Below are positions 27,518-37,248 of a DNA stretch of 64,000 bases, piece by piece. Made by a program: the position numbers and the translations under genes. Source of the stretch: Candidatus Hadarchaeales archaeon (GTDB taxonomy: Archaea; Hadarchaeota; Hadarchaeia; Hadarchaeales; WYZ-LMO6); NCBI GenBank assembly GCA_038851755.1, contig JAWCKR010000007.1:1-64000 (forward strand), given 5' to 3'. The first letter of the stretch is position 1. The number at the start of each line of letters is the position of its first letter. The notes under the pieces are model-generated. The model did no database searches. It saw only the letters and a program-made list of their open reading frames with translations, and had not been told where the DNA came from.

Positions 27518-28989
27518 TTCCCTTCCCCCTTACCTTTCTTCCTCTCCACCCTCCTGATGATCATCTTCTCGGCGAAGATCTTGGCATTCTTCAACACCAC
27601 CTCAAATTCCATTCCACCCGCACCGGGTACACCCACCGTGATGGTAGGAGCCATCATGGGTACACCCTCCGCAGGTGCCTCGGCTGCCTCCTCAGCTCCA
27701 GCGGGGGCAGCGGCGGCCTCCTCCGCCTCCACACCCTTCAGGCCCTTCACCCCCAGCTTCTTCAAGTCCTCGCTGGGCTCCACGATGGGGTGGTTTTTGG
27801 CCTTCAGGAAGGCCTTGAGTTCCTCGATGTTCTTCACCTCTTCCTCGGTGGGTATCTTGTCCACCACCTCCTTCGGGATGAAGTCTTTCACCCTCTCCTT
27901 GGCCTCCTTGGGGATCCAGACCACCCTCTTCCATCCCCCATCGGCCTGCAGGAACTTCGGAGACCTCATATACTCGAAAGAGAGACCGTGGAAGCCGTCC
28001 ACCTGTCTTCCTCCAGCCGTGGAGTCGGCCATGGTGGAAAAGGGAACCCCGTTGACCGCAGGCCCCTTGTAATCCCTGTGCACTATCCCCAGCCCGTCCA
28101 CCTCTGGGATGTAGAAGGCTATGGCCTCAAAACATCCGCAGGAGGTATGCGGATACCCGAACGCCGTGTAAAGCTGTACCCTCTGGACCGCACCAAGGCT
28201 CTTGGCCTTCACCGACTCGTTGGCGCCCTCCCATTCTCCCTTGAAGGGATCGAGGGTCTTACCTATCTTGACCTCGTAGATGGGCCCCTTGGGATCTATC
28301 TTCGAGGCCGCCCTGCCGTCGAACCAGCTTATGGCGCCGCAGTTGGCGTATCTCTGGGGCGTGATCACGCACACGTGGGTGGGGGCAAAGGACTGGCAGA
28401 GGGTGCACCCGTAGAAGACATCCACCTCTTCATCCTTGATACCCCTGGCCCTGGCATCCCTGGCTTCGTAAACCTTGACCGCCTCGGGATAAAGCTTCCC
28501 CACCTCGGCGGGATCGGTGTAGAAGGTGACCTGGACCTTCTCGATGATGGGGCACTCACTGTGGTAGAGTCTGATGATCACGGCCCCGAGGTGCTTCAGG
28601 GTGAAGCCCTTCTGCACCGTCTTCTTGCTCACCCTGCACCAGATGGTGTTCCTCTGGTTGAGGTGCATGAAACCCTCCACCCAGTTGGTGAAGTAGTGGA
28701 GACGCCTCTCGAAAACCCCCTCCATCTCCTCCTCCAGATCCTTCCCGCTCACCTCCACCAGCATGGCGAAGGGGGTCTTGGTACCCTCGGGCATGTCCTT
28801 GAAGTCCGGTCCCACCACCACGACCTTCCCATCCTCCACCTGCTCGGAAGGCCTCACCCTGAGGAGCTCGAACTTGTGGGGGACATCGGGACCACCTAGC
28901 TCCGCATGCATGTCCCCCTTTCTTATCCTCTCCCCTTCGTAAACCACCCCCACATCCACGGGGATATCCGCGAACATTCCCGACTTCAT
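27514..28989 (-). CDS. cdhC: ACDS beta subunit (acetyl-CoA synthase)
   Basis: CTLCQSFAPTHVC, RYANCG, HTSCGCFE A-cluster ligands. Confidence 0.95.
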   Translation of the reverse strand: MKSGMFADIPVDVGVVYEGERIRKGDMHAELGGPDVPHKFELLRVRPSEQVEDGKVVVVGPDFKDMPEGTKTPFAMLVEVSGKDLEEEMEGVFERRLHYFTNWVEGFMHLNQRNTIWCRVSKKTVQKGFTLKHLGAVIIRLYHSECPIIEKVQVTFYTDPAEVGKLYPEAVKVYEARDARARGIKDEEVDVFYGCTLCQSFAPTHVCVITPQRYANCGAISWFDGRAASKIDPKGPIYEVKIGKTLDPFKGEWEGANESVKAKSLGAVQRVQLYTAFGYPHTSCGCFEAIAFYIPEVDGLGIVHRDYKGPAVNGVPFSTMADSTAGGRQVDGFHGLSFEYMRSPKFLQADGGWKRVVWIPKEAKERVKDFIPKEVVDKIPTEEEVKNIEELKAFLKAKNHPIVEPSEDLKKLGVKGLKGVEAEEAAAAPAGAEEAAEAPAEGVPMMAPTITVGVPGAGGMEFEVVLKNAKIFAEKMIIRRVERKKGKGEGK

Positions 28990-29516
28990 CTTTCCAGCTC
29001 CTCCGCTATTTTCTCCAGGTTCTTATACCATTCCTCCACCGACAGGTTGGGGAAGGACCAACTACAATGAGGCTGATAAACTCTATTTAAAGATATCGTC
29101 CTGAGGTGTGGAGCAAAGGACTTCAGGCCCGAACCCATCAGCCACTCCATGTAGTAGGGACCAAGCCCCAGCATTAGCACCAGATCGTGGGGCTGCCCAT
29201 CACCGTGCAGGCTCCACTTCGGATCGGTGAGCCTGGAGCAAATTTCTACCATGGCCATGCGGGCGGCGGGCTGCAGTCCCTTCTTCCTGAGCTCCGTGGC
29301 CGTGTGGGCGGTGGCCACCACGGGGACCTTCCCCGCCCTGGCTATTCTAACGGCATAATCCAGGGGGGACTTTTCCCCATTTCCCTCCAGGGAGCCCGTG
29401 CCCAGTACGAAAAGCGGGCGCTTGGCCCTCTTGATGAGGGCCGCCACCACCTCCGGCCTGGTGATGAGCACGGCCTTCACCGGTCCTGGGATCTCCGCCC
29501 TCTGCCAGGGTTCCAT
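28986..29516 (-). CDS. cdhB: ACDS epsilon subunit
   Basis: IKRAKRPL..LG, DLV..LG..YY, LK.FA; position between cdhA and cdhC. Confidence 0.9.
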   Translation of the reverse strand: MEPWQRAEIPGPVKAVLITRPEVVAALIKRAKRPLFVLGTGSLEGNGEKSPLDYAVRIARAGKVPVVATAHTATELRKKGLQPAARMAMVEICSRLTDPKWSLHGDGQPHDLVLMLGLGPYYMEWLMGSGLKSFAPHLRTISLNRVYQPHCSWSFPNLSVEEWYKNLEKIAEELER

Positions 29517-29517
29517 C

Positions 29518-31872
29518 TCATCCCTCCTTCACCCTGACCAGCCTGGGTACCAGGGTGGGGTCAGGGTTGGGGTTCTCAAATTCCTTCCACCCCTTCTCCT
29601 TCAGGAAGGCCACCACCTCGTCCTTCATGGTCACGGGGATGTCTGCCATGGTCCTCACGAAGAGGTGGAGGTCGTCTGGAAGCTCCCCGAAGAGCTTGCG
29701 GTGCAGGTCGATGTAGTGGTTCAGCTTGATGGACCTGCCCTTGCTGGTGTCATTGGCTCTCATGCACAGCTTGGGGATGGCCACCATGGCCTCCTCCACG
29801 GTCTCCGCCATGAAGAAGAGGTGCTCGGGAACCGGGCCCGCGTAAACCTCCTTCCCAGTCCTGGCGTCTATGACCTTCCAGGCCTCGGGATCCTCCTTTC
29901 TACCCAGCAGGGCCCTCCTGTACTTCGAACCGTGGGGACCCACGATCACGGGCACCCCCAACCTCCAGAACCCGCTGGCTATGGAGGAAGCCTTCTGGGA
30001 ATAGGCACCCCAGGCCACACCCACCGCCCCCACCCTGTTGTGGATGTAGTCGGCTATTTCCTCGTAGTTGGCCCTCAGCTTGCGCTTGGCGAAGATGTTG
30101 GCGATCTTGATGGCGGCGTCGGCGATGTGGGAGTTGGCCACGCAGGAGCCGCAGTTCACTATACCACCTGCATCGAAGATGCCTGGATAAGTTTCGTAGA
30201 GGCTCTGCCCGTTCTCGTCCCTGTACATCCCTATGGCCATGGCCGAACAGCCCGTCGTGCAGAGGATGTATTTCCTCCTGGCGAACTCCTCCGCCATCCT
30301 GGCCACCTCCTTCCAGCTACCGGGGAAGTTGGAGCAACCCACGAGGGCCAGCACGCCGGGAATCTCTCCCATGACGATGGGCTGGCCCACCCTCCTTATC
30401 TCCACGTCCTGGATGGCCCCCCTTCCCGTCCTCATCTTGAACTTCTCCTCCGCCGTCTCCTTGCGGTGGGCCCCCACGATGAGGGTGTGGGGCTTTATCC
30501 CCACCGGGCATATACCCTCCTGCTCGCATCTCCCGCACCCCACGCAGGGCTCGTAGAGCTCGGAAAGGGGCTTGAGGTTACCCCTCCCGGCCTCCGCCAG
30601 GGCCTGGGGGATGGGAAGAGTGTTGGGACATGCCCTCACGCAGGTGAAGCAGGAGGTGCACCTCCTGGCTTCCTCCATGAGCTTCTCGTCGGAGGGGATG
30701 AGGCCCATCTTCCTCCTCTTTGGCGCTATCTGCATGGCCACCCTCACCGCCACCTCCCCCGCCTTCTCCGAGTCCAGGATGGCCACGCCCGGGAGCTTAC
30801 CCTCCACCAGATCCTTCACGATCTGGTCCGCGGGGTCCTTCGTCCTGTCAGGCAGACCATGGAAGTTCTTGTAGTGGGTGGTGATGAGGACGGCGTTCAC
30901 CTTCTGAGCCTCCTGCAGGATGTCCGTCCTTATACACTGCTCGTCCACCATGATCACGTCAGCTACCCCAGACCTCACGAATCTTAGCTGGAAGGAGATG
31001 GGCCCCACGATTTTGGCCTTCCTGGAGTACCTGCTGAGATCTATGGCCGTACAGCAGATCCCGCACACCTCCACCTGGTCCTCCAGGCCCTCCTTTGCCA
31101 GGTAGTCGGCCACCCCTATGGCTGGGGGTACGTTGTGTCCTATCACCAAAACCACGGGCTTGGAGCGGTCTATCACTCCCATTCCCAGCTCCACCAGGTG
31201 GGCTTCGGGATCGGCCTTGGGGAAGCCGTAGGCAGAGACCTGGGCGATATCCGCCGCCTCCATGACCACGTGGTCTATCATACCCGCGTGGAAGACTTTG
31301 GACTCGAAGTCGAGGTTGTCACCCTCCTGTCCCGTGTGGGTGCAGGAGAGAAGATGCACGAGTTCCGTTTCACAGTAGTCCAGCACATCCTCCAGGTCCC
31401 CCAGCGTCCTGGGCTTTATCCCCGTAACCAACCTGATGGTGGGAGCCTCCAGGTACACGTTTTCCCCACCCACATCCAGCGGGTGGTCCCTTCCGTACTT
31501 CTCTATCAGCTCGTCCAGCATGTGCCTGGCGTGCCCGCAGTGGGTGGAGGCCCCTATACAGCACGAGATGAGGACTATTCTGGAGAGCTGGCTTCCCATG
31601 TCTATACCACAGGCTCCCCTCTTTCCTTTGCTCAGGTCACATTTCCCGAAGGTGCAAAGGCAACACAGGTCACAGAAAGGCAGGTAGAAGGGCTTGTACC
31701 GTCTGAGGAGCTTCTTGTCCCACTCCCTGAGGGAAGCTATATCGGGCATGGGGGTGGGGCCAGGCTCCTCCTCCCATTCCCTGGCCACCCTTCCCAGGCT
31801 AAGCTCCAGACCCTTCGCTTTCAGCCAGGGGAGTTGGAGCTCATCTGCCCTGACCCTCAGCTTGGAACCCAA
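29518..31872 (-). CDS. cdhA: ACDS alpha subunit (archaeal CODH)
   Basis: CDLCCLCTFGKCDL, HCGHARH, GICCT, two 4Fe-4S motifs, GSCVANSH, GAYSQKA. Confidence 0.96.
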   Translation of the reverse strand: MGSKLRVRADELQLPWLKAKGLELSLGRVAREWEEEPGPTPMPDIASLREWDKKLLRRYKPFYLPFCDLCCLCTFGKCDLSKGKRGACGIDMGSQLSRIVLISCCIGASTHCGHARHMLDELIEKYGRDHPLDVGGENVYLEAPTIRLVTGIKPRTLGDLEDVLDYCETELVHLLSCTHTGQEGDNLDFESKVFHAGMIDHVVMEAADIAQVSAYGFPKADPEAHLVELGMGVIDRSKPVVLVIGHNVPPAIGVADYLAKEGLEDQVEVCGICCTAIDLSRYSRKAKIVGPISFQLRFVRSGVADVIMVDEQCIRTDILQEAQKVNAVLITTHYKNFHGLPDRTKDPADQIVKDLVEGKLPGVAILDSEKAGEVAVRVAMQIAPKRRKMGLIPSDEKLMEEARRCTSCFTCVRACPNTLPIPQALAEAGRGNLKPLSELYEPCVGCGRCEQEGICPVGIKPHTLIVGAHRKETAEEKFKMRTGRGAIQDVEIRRVGQPIVMGEIPGVLALVGCSNFPGSWKEVARMAEEFARRKYILCTTGCSAMAIGMYRDENGQSLYETYPGIFDAGGIVNCGSCVANSHIADAAIKIANIFAKRKLRANYEEIADYIHNRVGAVGVAWGAYSQKASSIASGFWRLGVPVIVGPHGSKYRRALLGRKEDPEAWKVIDARTGKEVYAGPVPEHLFFMAETVEEAMVAIPKLCMRANDTSKGRSIKLNHYIDLHRKLFGELPDDLHLFVRTMADIPVTMKDEVVAFLKEKGWKEFENPNPDPTLVPRLVRVKEG

Positions 31873-31918
31873 ACGCCCCCCTCCCTTTTCCCTCCCGGGC
31901 TCACGGAATCTCCTCTTT

Positions 31919-32040
31919 TGAATAGTCCTTTATAAAAACTTATCGGGGGGGAGGGTCCCTCTCCGAACGAGCAAGCGCCCAGAGGGGCTTTATCTTCCGA
32001 CCTCTCGCGCCACCGAAATCTTAAAAAAGGAGGACTTTCA
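31919..32040. promoter_or_regulatory. Divergent promoter region cdhA / metV
   Basis: TTTATAAA at ~31929-31936 and CCGAAAT-CTTAAAAA at ~32013-32027. Confidence 0.55.
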
Positions 32041-32052
32041 TCCATCAACGTT

Positions 32053-32727
32053 ATGATAATCACTAGGGAAAAACCCCTACAAGAGATTCTGAATTTTCTG
32101 CAACCCTACAAAAAGGTCCTGGTGGTGGGCTGTGACGGCTGCGTGCAGCCCCCCCGCAGCCTGAGGGAAAGCGAAAGGATGGCCTCCCTGATAGAGCTGG
32201 CCAGGAACTCCTCGGGGAACCCCATCCAGGTGAGCACCACCACCGTGAGCAGGCAGTGCTGCGCCGAGGGGCTGCAAAACCAGCTCCAGGTGGAGGGGTA
32301 CGAGGCCCTTCTTTCCATGGCATGCGGGGTAGGGGTGCAGGTCCTGAACTCGGTCTTTCCCTCCCTTCCCAGTTTCCCCGCCCAGAACACCGTCTTCCTG
32401 GGCTACGAGGTGAAAAGGGAAGGGGAGATGCTCGAGAACTGCAGGGCCTGCGGAGAGTGCATGCTCGGCGAAACAGGTGGGATCTGCCCCGTCACCAGGT
32501 GCGCCAAAGGGCTCATGAACGGACCCTGCGGTGGGTGCGTGGAAGGGAAATGCGAGGTGCCTGCTGAGATAAGGAACTGGAAGGGCGAGGTGGTGCAGAC
32601 CCTCAAGAACGACTGTGCCTGGTACCAGATCTACCAGAGGCTGAAGGAGCTGAACCGTCTGGACCTCTTCCGGAAGCTCAGGCTGCCCAAGAACTGGGGA
32701 ATCGCGGGCTATCCCAGGAGGCTCTGA
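32053..32727 (+). CDS. metV: MetV (MTHFR small Zn/Fe-S subunit)
   Basis: GCDGC, RQC, ACGVGVQ, CRACGEC...CP...CAKGLMNGPCGG...CEV, CAW. Confidence 0.9.
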   Translation: MIITREKPLQEILNFLQPYKKVLVVGCDGCVQPPRSLRESERMASLIELARNSSGNPIQVSTTTVSRQCCAEGLQNQLQVEGYEALLSMACGVGVQVLNSVFPSLPSFPAQNTVFLGYEVKREGEMLENCRACGECMLGETGGICPVTRCAKGLMNGPCGGCVEGKCEVPAEIRNWKGEVVQTLKNDCAWYQIYQRLKELNRLDLFRKLRLPKNWGIAGYPRRL

Positions 32728-33654
32728 ATGAGGAAGTCCTTCTCCAACTTGATGAAAGCTATCTCCGAGGGGAAGTTCGTGTACACGGGAGAGCTGGAGC
32801 CCCACAGGAGCATCGACCTCTCAGAGGTGGAAAGCTGGGCCAGGACCCTCAAGGAGGCCGGTATCGTGGCGGCCAACGTGACCGACAACCCCAGGAGCGA
32901 CTCGGCCATAAGCAGCATGGTGGCCTCTTACCTGATCCAAAGGAACACGGGACTGGAAACCATCTACCAGCTCAGGACCGCTGACCGCAACAGGCTGGCC
33001 CTGGTCTCCGACGTGCTGGGCGGAGCGGCGCTAGGGCTCAAGAACATCCTGGCTCTGACCGGTGACCACACCAGGACGGGGACCACTCCCTCCTCCAAAC
33101 CCGTCTTCGACCTCGACTCCACTGGCCTCATAGCTCTCATCCACAGGCTGGTGTACGAAGGCAAGGACCTAGATGGCAACGAGCTGAAGGGCCCCAGACC
33201 GGAAATCAACGTGGGAGGGGCTGCCAACCCCAACATGGACCCGCTGGAGATAGAGGTCCTCAAGCTCGAGCGCAAGGCGGAGGCTGGGGTGGACTTCCTG
33301 CAGACCCAGGTGGTCTTCGACGTGGAAGTTGCCAGGCGCTTCCTGAAGGAGATAGCGCACCTGGGGGTGCCCACCCTCATAGGAATCTTCCCCCCAAGGT
33401 CTTACGGGCAGGCGGAGTTCTTCGACAAGTACGTACCCGGGGTAAGAGTGCCCAAACCCTTCATGGAGGCCTTCCTTCGCTTCAAGGGAATAGAGGACAA
33501 GCAGAGGAGAGCCGAGAAAATCAACGAATACAACGTGGAATACTTCTCCAGCTTCATAAGAGAAGTGAAGAAGGAAAAGGCCTGCGCCGGGATCCACATC
33601 ATGGCTGTGGGGTACCCAGAGGTGATAAAGCCCCTCATGGAAAGCGTCAAGTAG
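32728..33654 (+). CDS. metF: Methylene-tetrahydropterin reductase MetF
   Basis: NVTDNP, DRNRLAL, NILALTGDH, PVFDLDS, FLQTQ, GIHIM. Confidence 0.92.
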   Translation: MRKSFSNLMKAISEGKFVYTGELEPHRSIDLSEVESWARTLKEAGIVAANVTDNPRSDSAISSMVASYLIQRNTGLETIYQLRTADRNRLALVSDVLGGAALGLKNILALTGDHTRTGTTPSSKPVFDLDSTGLIALIHRLVYEGKDLDGNELKGPRPEINVGGAANPNMDPLEIEVLKLERKAEAGVDFLQTQVVFDVEVARRFLKEIAHLGVPTLIGIFPPRSYGQAEFFDKYVPGVRVPKPFMEAFLRFKGIEDKQRRAEKINEYNVEYFSSFIREVKKEKACAGIHIMAVGYPEVIKPLMESVK

Positions 33655-33661
33655 TGGGAGG

Positions 33662-34804
33662 ATGAACCTCTCCACCCTCAAGACCCTTGAAGTGGACCCA
33701 GACCTTTGCTCCGAGTGCAGCTTCTGCAGGTGGGTCTGTCCCTACGACGCCGTGACACTGGAGGCCGGGAAGAAGGAGGGGGCCAAGATAGATCTGGAGA
33801 AGTGCAGGACCTGCGGCCTGTGCTACTCCACCTGCCCCTCGGGGGCCATCCGTACGGTTTACTACCCGGAGGAACTGCTCCTTTCCCACGTAAAGAAGGC
33901 GGCAAAAGCCGGGACGAGAACCGTGGTCCTGACCTGCCGGGGAAGCGCTCCCCCCGACCTGAAGAGCGCCGTGAGGGAGAGCGGGGTGAGGGGCAGGTAC
34001 GTGGAGATAAAGCTCCCCTGCCTGGGGAGGCTGGACGCCGGGACCGTGGGCAAGATGCTCTCCCAAGGGGTGAAGGAACTGGTGCTGATGCCCTGCGAGG
34101 AGGACTTCTGCAGGTTTGAGAAGGGGAGCAGGGCCCTCAAGGGGAGGTTCCTCCTCCTGAAGAGGGTCCTCTCCGAAACGGGGAGAAAGGAGGTCCTGAA
34201 GCTGACGGAGAAGACGAGGAAGGTGGTCTTCCACAGCGAGAAGTGTATATGGTGCGGCACCTGCGTGGACCTCTGCCCCTACGACGCCGTGAAGCTCCTG
34301 CCCTCCCAAAGGGTAGCCGAGTTCGACCTGGAGAAGTGCATGGGATGCGGGATATGCGTGGCCCGCTGTCCAGCCTTCGCCATAGAGCTGGAGGGCTTCG
34401 AGCGTTCCTCCATCCTCCACAAGGTGGGGAGGGGCACCAAGGTGGTGGTGCTGGCCTGCCAATGGGCGGAGTTCTCCTGTGGGGACGAACTGGCGGGGCT
34501 GAAGCGCAAACTGCCCAAGGGTGTAGAAGTGGTGTACCTCCCCTGCCTGGGCCTCTCGGACCAGCTCTTCGTTCTGGAGGCCCTCAAGGAGGGGAGCAAG
34601 GGGGTACTGGTGCTGGGATGCCCGGAGGAGGAATGCAAGCTGGAGGAGGGAAGCAAATCTGCTTCACGATACCTCAGGGAGCTGGAGGAGAAGCTGGAGC
34701 AGGTGGGGCTCTCGGGCAGGGTGAGATTCTCCACGGTCTCCCCGCGGAACCCACAGCTCCTGGAAAAGGAGATCCTTGAGTTCTCCAAACAAATCGGAAA
34801 GTGA
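33662..34804 (+). CDS. Tandem (2x[4Fe-4S] ferredoxin + MvhD/FlpD)x2 protein
   Basis: Four CxxCxxCxxxCP motifs in two pairs. Each pair is followed by an MvhD-like C...LPCLG...C.E..C unit. Confidence 0.8.
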   Translation: MNLSTLKTLEVDPDLCSECSFCRWVCPYDAVTLEAGKKEGAKIDLEKCRTCGLCYSTCPSGAIRTVYYPEELLLSHVKKAAKAGTRTVVLTCRGSAPPDLKSAVRESGVRGRYVEIKLPCLGRLDAGTVGKMLSQGVKELVLMPCEEDFCRFEKGSRALKGRFLLLKRVLSETGRKEVLKLTEKTRKVVFHSEKCIWCGTCVDLCPYDAVKLLPSQRVAEFDLEKCMGCGICVARCPAFAIELEGFERSSILHKVGRGTKVVVLACQWAEFSCGDELAGLKRKLPKGVEVVYLPCLGLSDQLFVLEALKEGSKGVLVLGCPEEECKLEEGSKSASRYLRELEEKLEQVGLSGRVRFSTVSPRNPQLLEKEILEFSKQIGK

Positions 34805-35579
34805 AAAGCTAGTCCTCGCTGTTTCCGGGAAGGGAGGAGTGGGGAAGAGCACCCTCTCCGCCCTCCTCATCAGGTCCCTCTCGGAGAGGGGGATAGGTCC
34901 CCTTCTGGCGGTGGATGCAAACCCTGACTCCAATCTGCCCCACCTGCTGGGTGTCCAGGCGGAGCGGACGGTGGCCGACCTCACCTCGGAGATGAAGGAA
35001 AAGATAGAGAGGGGAGCCCTTCCCCCCACCCTCACCAAGAAGGACCTGCTGGAGTACGGGATCATCAAAATCCTGAAGGAAACCACGACCTTCGACCTGC
35101 TGGTGATGGGAAGGGGGGAGGGGGAAGGGTGTTACTGCATGGTGAACAAGCTCCTCACCGATATCCTGGACACCCTGAGCCGCAACTACAGGGTGACCAT
35201 CATAGACGAGGACGCGGGACTGGAACACCTGAGCAGGAGGACTGACAGGGATGTGGATGTGATGCTCATCGTCACGGACCCCAGCTCCATGGGCTTCCGG
35301 ACCGCTTCCAGGATAAAGGAGGTGGCCAGGGAGGTCCACCTGGAGTTCAGGCGGATGTACCTGGTAGGAAATCGTTTTTCCCCCGAACAGGTGCCTCTCC
35401 TGGAGAAGAAGGCGGCCGAGATGGGGCTGGAGGTGGGAGGTTTTCTTCCCCACGACGAGAACGTCTTCAGGCTCAACCTCTCAGGCAGGCCCCTTTCAGA
35501 GCTTCCTCCCGACAGCCCTTCCCTCCAGGCCACCGAAAGGCTCCTGCGCAAACTGGGCCTCCTGCCGGACCGGGAATGA
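34776..35579 (+). CDS. cooC: CooC/AcsF nickel-insertion ATPase
   Basis: GKGGVGKS, VDANP, GCYC, DEDAGLEHLSR. Start uncertain (TTG with a 29-nt overlap). Confidence 0.9.
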   Translation: MSSPNKSESEKLVLAVSGKGGVGKSTLSALLIRSLSERGIGPLLAVDANPDSNLPHLLGVQAERTVADLTSEMKEKIERGALPPTLTKKDLLEYGIIKILKETTTFDLLVMGRGEGEGCYCMVNKLLTDILDTLSRNYRVTIIDEDAGLEHLSRRTDRDVDVMLIVTDPSSMGFRTASRIKEVAREVHLEFRRMYLVGNRFSPEQVPLLEKKAAEMGLEVGGFLPHDENVFRLNLSGRPLSELPPDSPSLQATERLLRKLGLLPDRE

Positions 35580-36160
35580 AGCTTGGCCTCCTCATCCTGG
35601 CCGGTGGAAGAAGCGAGAGATGGGGAACTGAGAAGGCCCTGGTGATGCTGGAAGGCAAGCCCCTCCTCCTCCACGTGCTGGAGAGGCTGGGGGGGCTCTC
35701 CGAGGAGAGGATCGTGTCCTGCAAAGCGGGGATGGGGCTGAAGCTGGAGGGAGTGAGGGTGGTGGAGGACGAGTCCGAGGAGAAGGGGGCGGTAGTGGGC
35801 CTGCTCAGCGCCCTCCCTCTCGTGCGCAGCGAGTACGTGGCGGTAGTGGCCTGCGATCACCCGAGGGCCAGTCCGAGGGTGATGAAGAGGCTGGCGGAAA
35901 GGGCGGAGGGACGTGAAGGTGCGGTTCCCCTCTGGCCCAACGGGTACCTGGAACCTCTCCACGCCGTCTACAGGACGAGCAGTCTGCTGAGGGCGGTGAG
36001 GGGGGCGGGGAGAGAGAGGAGGCTGAAGAACATCCTGAAGGGGCTGGACATCTCCTACGTCCCCGTGGAGGAGCTCAGGGAACTGGACCCGTGGCTCGAC
36101 TGTTTCTTCAACCTCAACCACCCCGAGGACCTCTCCCACCTCCCACCACGCAGGCCTTGA
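35576..36160 (+). CDS. mobA: Molybdenum/tungsten cofactor guanylyltransferase
   Basis: ILAGGRSERWG..KA, ACD, EPLHAVY, FFNLN.PEDL. Confidence 0.9.
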   Translation: MKLGLLILAGGRSERWGTEKALVMLEGKPLLLHVLERLGGLSEERIVSCKAGMGLKLEGVRVVEDESEEKGAVVGLLSALPLVRSEYVAVVACDHPRASPRVMKRLAERAEGREGAVPLWPNGYLEPLHAVYRTSSLLRAVRGAGRERRLKNILKGLDISYVPVEELRELDPWLDCFFNLNHPEDLSHLPPRRP

Positions 36161-37247
36161 GGTCCCTGAGGAAAGCCGCCAGGTGGGTGGAGCGGTGGTG
36201 GGGCATCACCACCAGCCTTATTCCTTCAGGGAAATCGGAACGTGAGACCACCCATCCCCTCCCTCCCAGCCTTCTCTCCAGCTCCGAACAGCTCAAGGAC
36301 TCGTGCCTGAAGACCACCACGTTGAGCTCCGGTTCAGCCACCAGCTCCAGGCCCTCCACCTTCGTTATCCCGCTCGCCAGTCTCCTCGCCAGCTCCACGC
36401 ACCTCCTAGCCTCCCCCCCGTCCAGGAGCTTCAAGGCCATCCAGGAAGCCGCCACGGAGGCACCAGGCCTGGTCCCCAGAAGGGTACAGGTCCTGCCCCC
36501 AAGGTAGGGGACTTCTTCCCCTATCCTCTCCAGCCATTCCCTCTCCCTCAGGAGGAGCAATCCGGAGGGGATGGGAGCACGGCCCATCTTGTGCAGGTCG
36601 GCCGTGAGGGAGGAAACCCCATCCACGCTGAAGTCCCACCTGTACTTCCTCCGGAGGAAGGGAAGGAGGAAGCCCCCCAGGGAGGCATCCACGTGCAGGA
36701 AACAGCCCTTCTCCTCCGCCACCTCCGCCATCTCCTCCACCGGGTCCACCAGGCCCAGGGAGGCGGTGCCCGCCGTGGCCACCACTGCTGCGGTATCCCG
36801 ATCCACCCTCTCCCTCACTTCCTCCGGATTCGCCCTGTAGTCTTCTCCCAGACCCGTGGAAACCAGCCTGAGGCCCAGCAGGGAGCAGGCCTTCCTCACG
36901 GAATAGTGGGCGGAAAGGGGGGCCACCACTTTCTTCCTTCCCGTCACCTCTCTGGCCACCCAGAGGGACACCAGGTTCCCCTCCGTACCCCCAGAGGTGA
37001 CATAGCCGGAAGCCCGCGGGCATGAGAAGAGCTTGCCGGCCTCCTTCACCACCTCTTCCTCCAGCTCCCTCACGCTCGGGAAGACCCTGGGGTCGAGGGC
37101 GTTGGTCTCCAGGAACTTCAGGTAGGCCCTCACCACCTCCCTCCTGGGAAGGGTGCACATGGAGGAGAAGACCCTCCCGGAGCGGTAGCCTGGGTCCCTC
37201 CTTTTCCTCTCCTCCAGGGACCTGAGGTAACCCTCCTCCCCGCCCAA
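36114..37247 (-). CDS. mfnA: Tyrosine/aspartate decarboxylase MfnA (PLP)
   Basis: SSMCT, SGGTEGN, AHYS, HVDAS.GG, DLHK (PLP Lys), GTRPG, VMPH. Confidence 0.88.
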   Translation of the reverse strand: MGGEEGYLRSLEERKRRDPGYRSGRVFSSMCTLPRREVVRAYLKFLETNALDPRVFPSVRELEEEVVKEAGKLFSCPRASGYVTSGGTEGNLVSLWVAREVTGRKKVVAPLSAHYSVRKACSLLGLRLVSTGLGEDYRANPEEVRERVDRDTAAVVATAGTASLGLVDPVEEMAEVAEEKGCFLHVDASLGGFLLPFLRRKYRWDFSVDGVSSLTADLHKMGRAPIPSGLLLLREREWLERIGEEVPYLGGRTCTLLGTRPGASVAASWMALKLLDGGEARRCVELARRLASGITKVEGLELVAEPELNVVVFRHESLSCSELERRLGGRGWVVSRSDFPEGIRLVVMPHHRSTHLAAFLRDLKACVVGGGRGPRGG

Positions 37248-37248
37248 C

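Noticed and set aside
34776-34815. Possible frameshift at the cooC start (GTG AAAAG CTA) and at the DUF166 start (ATG AAG G TTG, 22427)
   Set aside because: In-frame TTG starts explain both genes without recoding.
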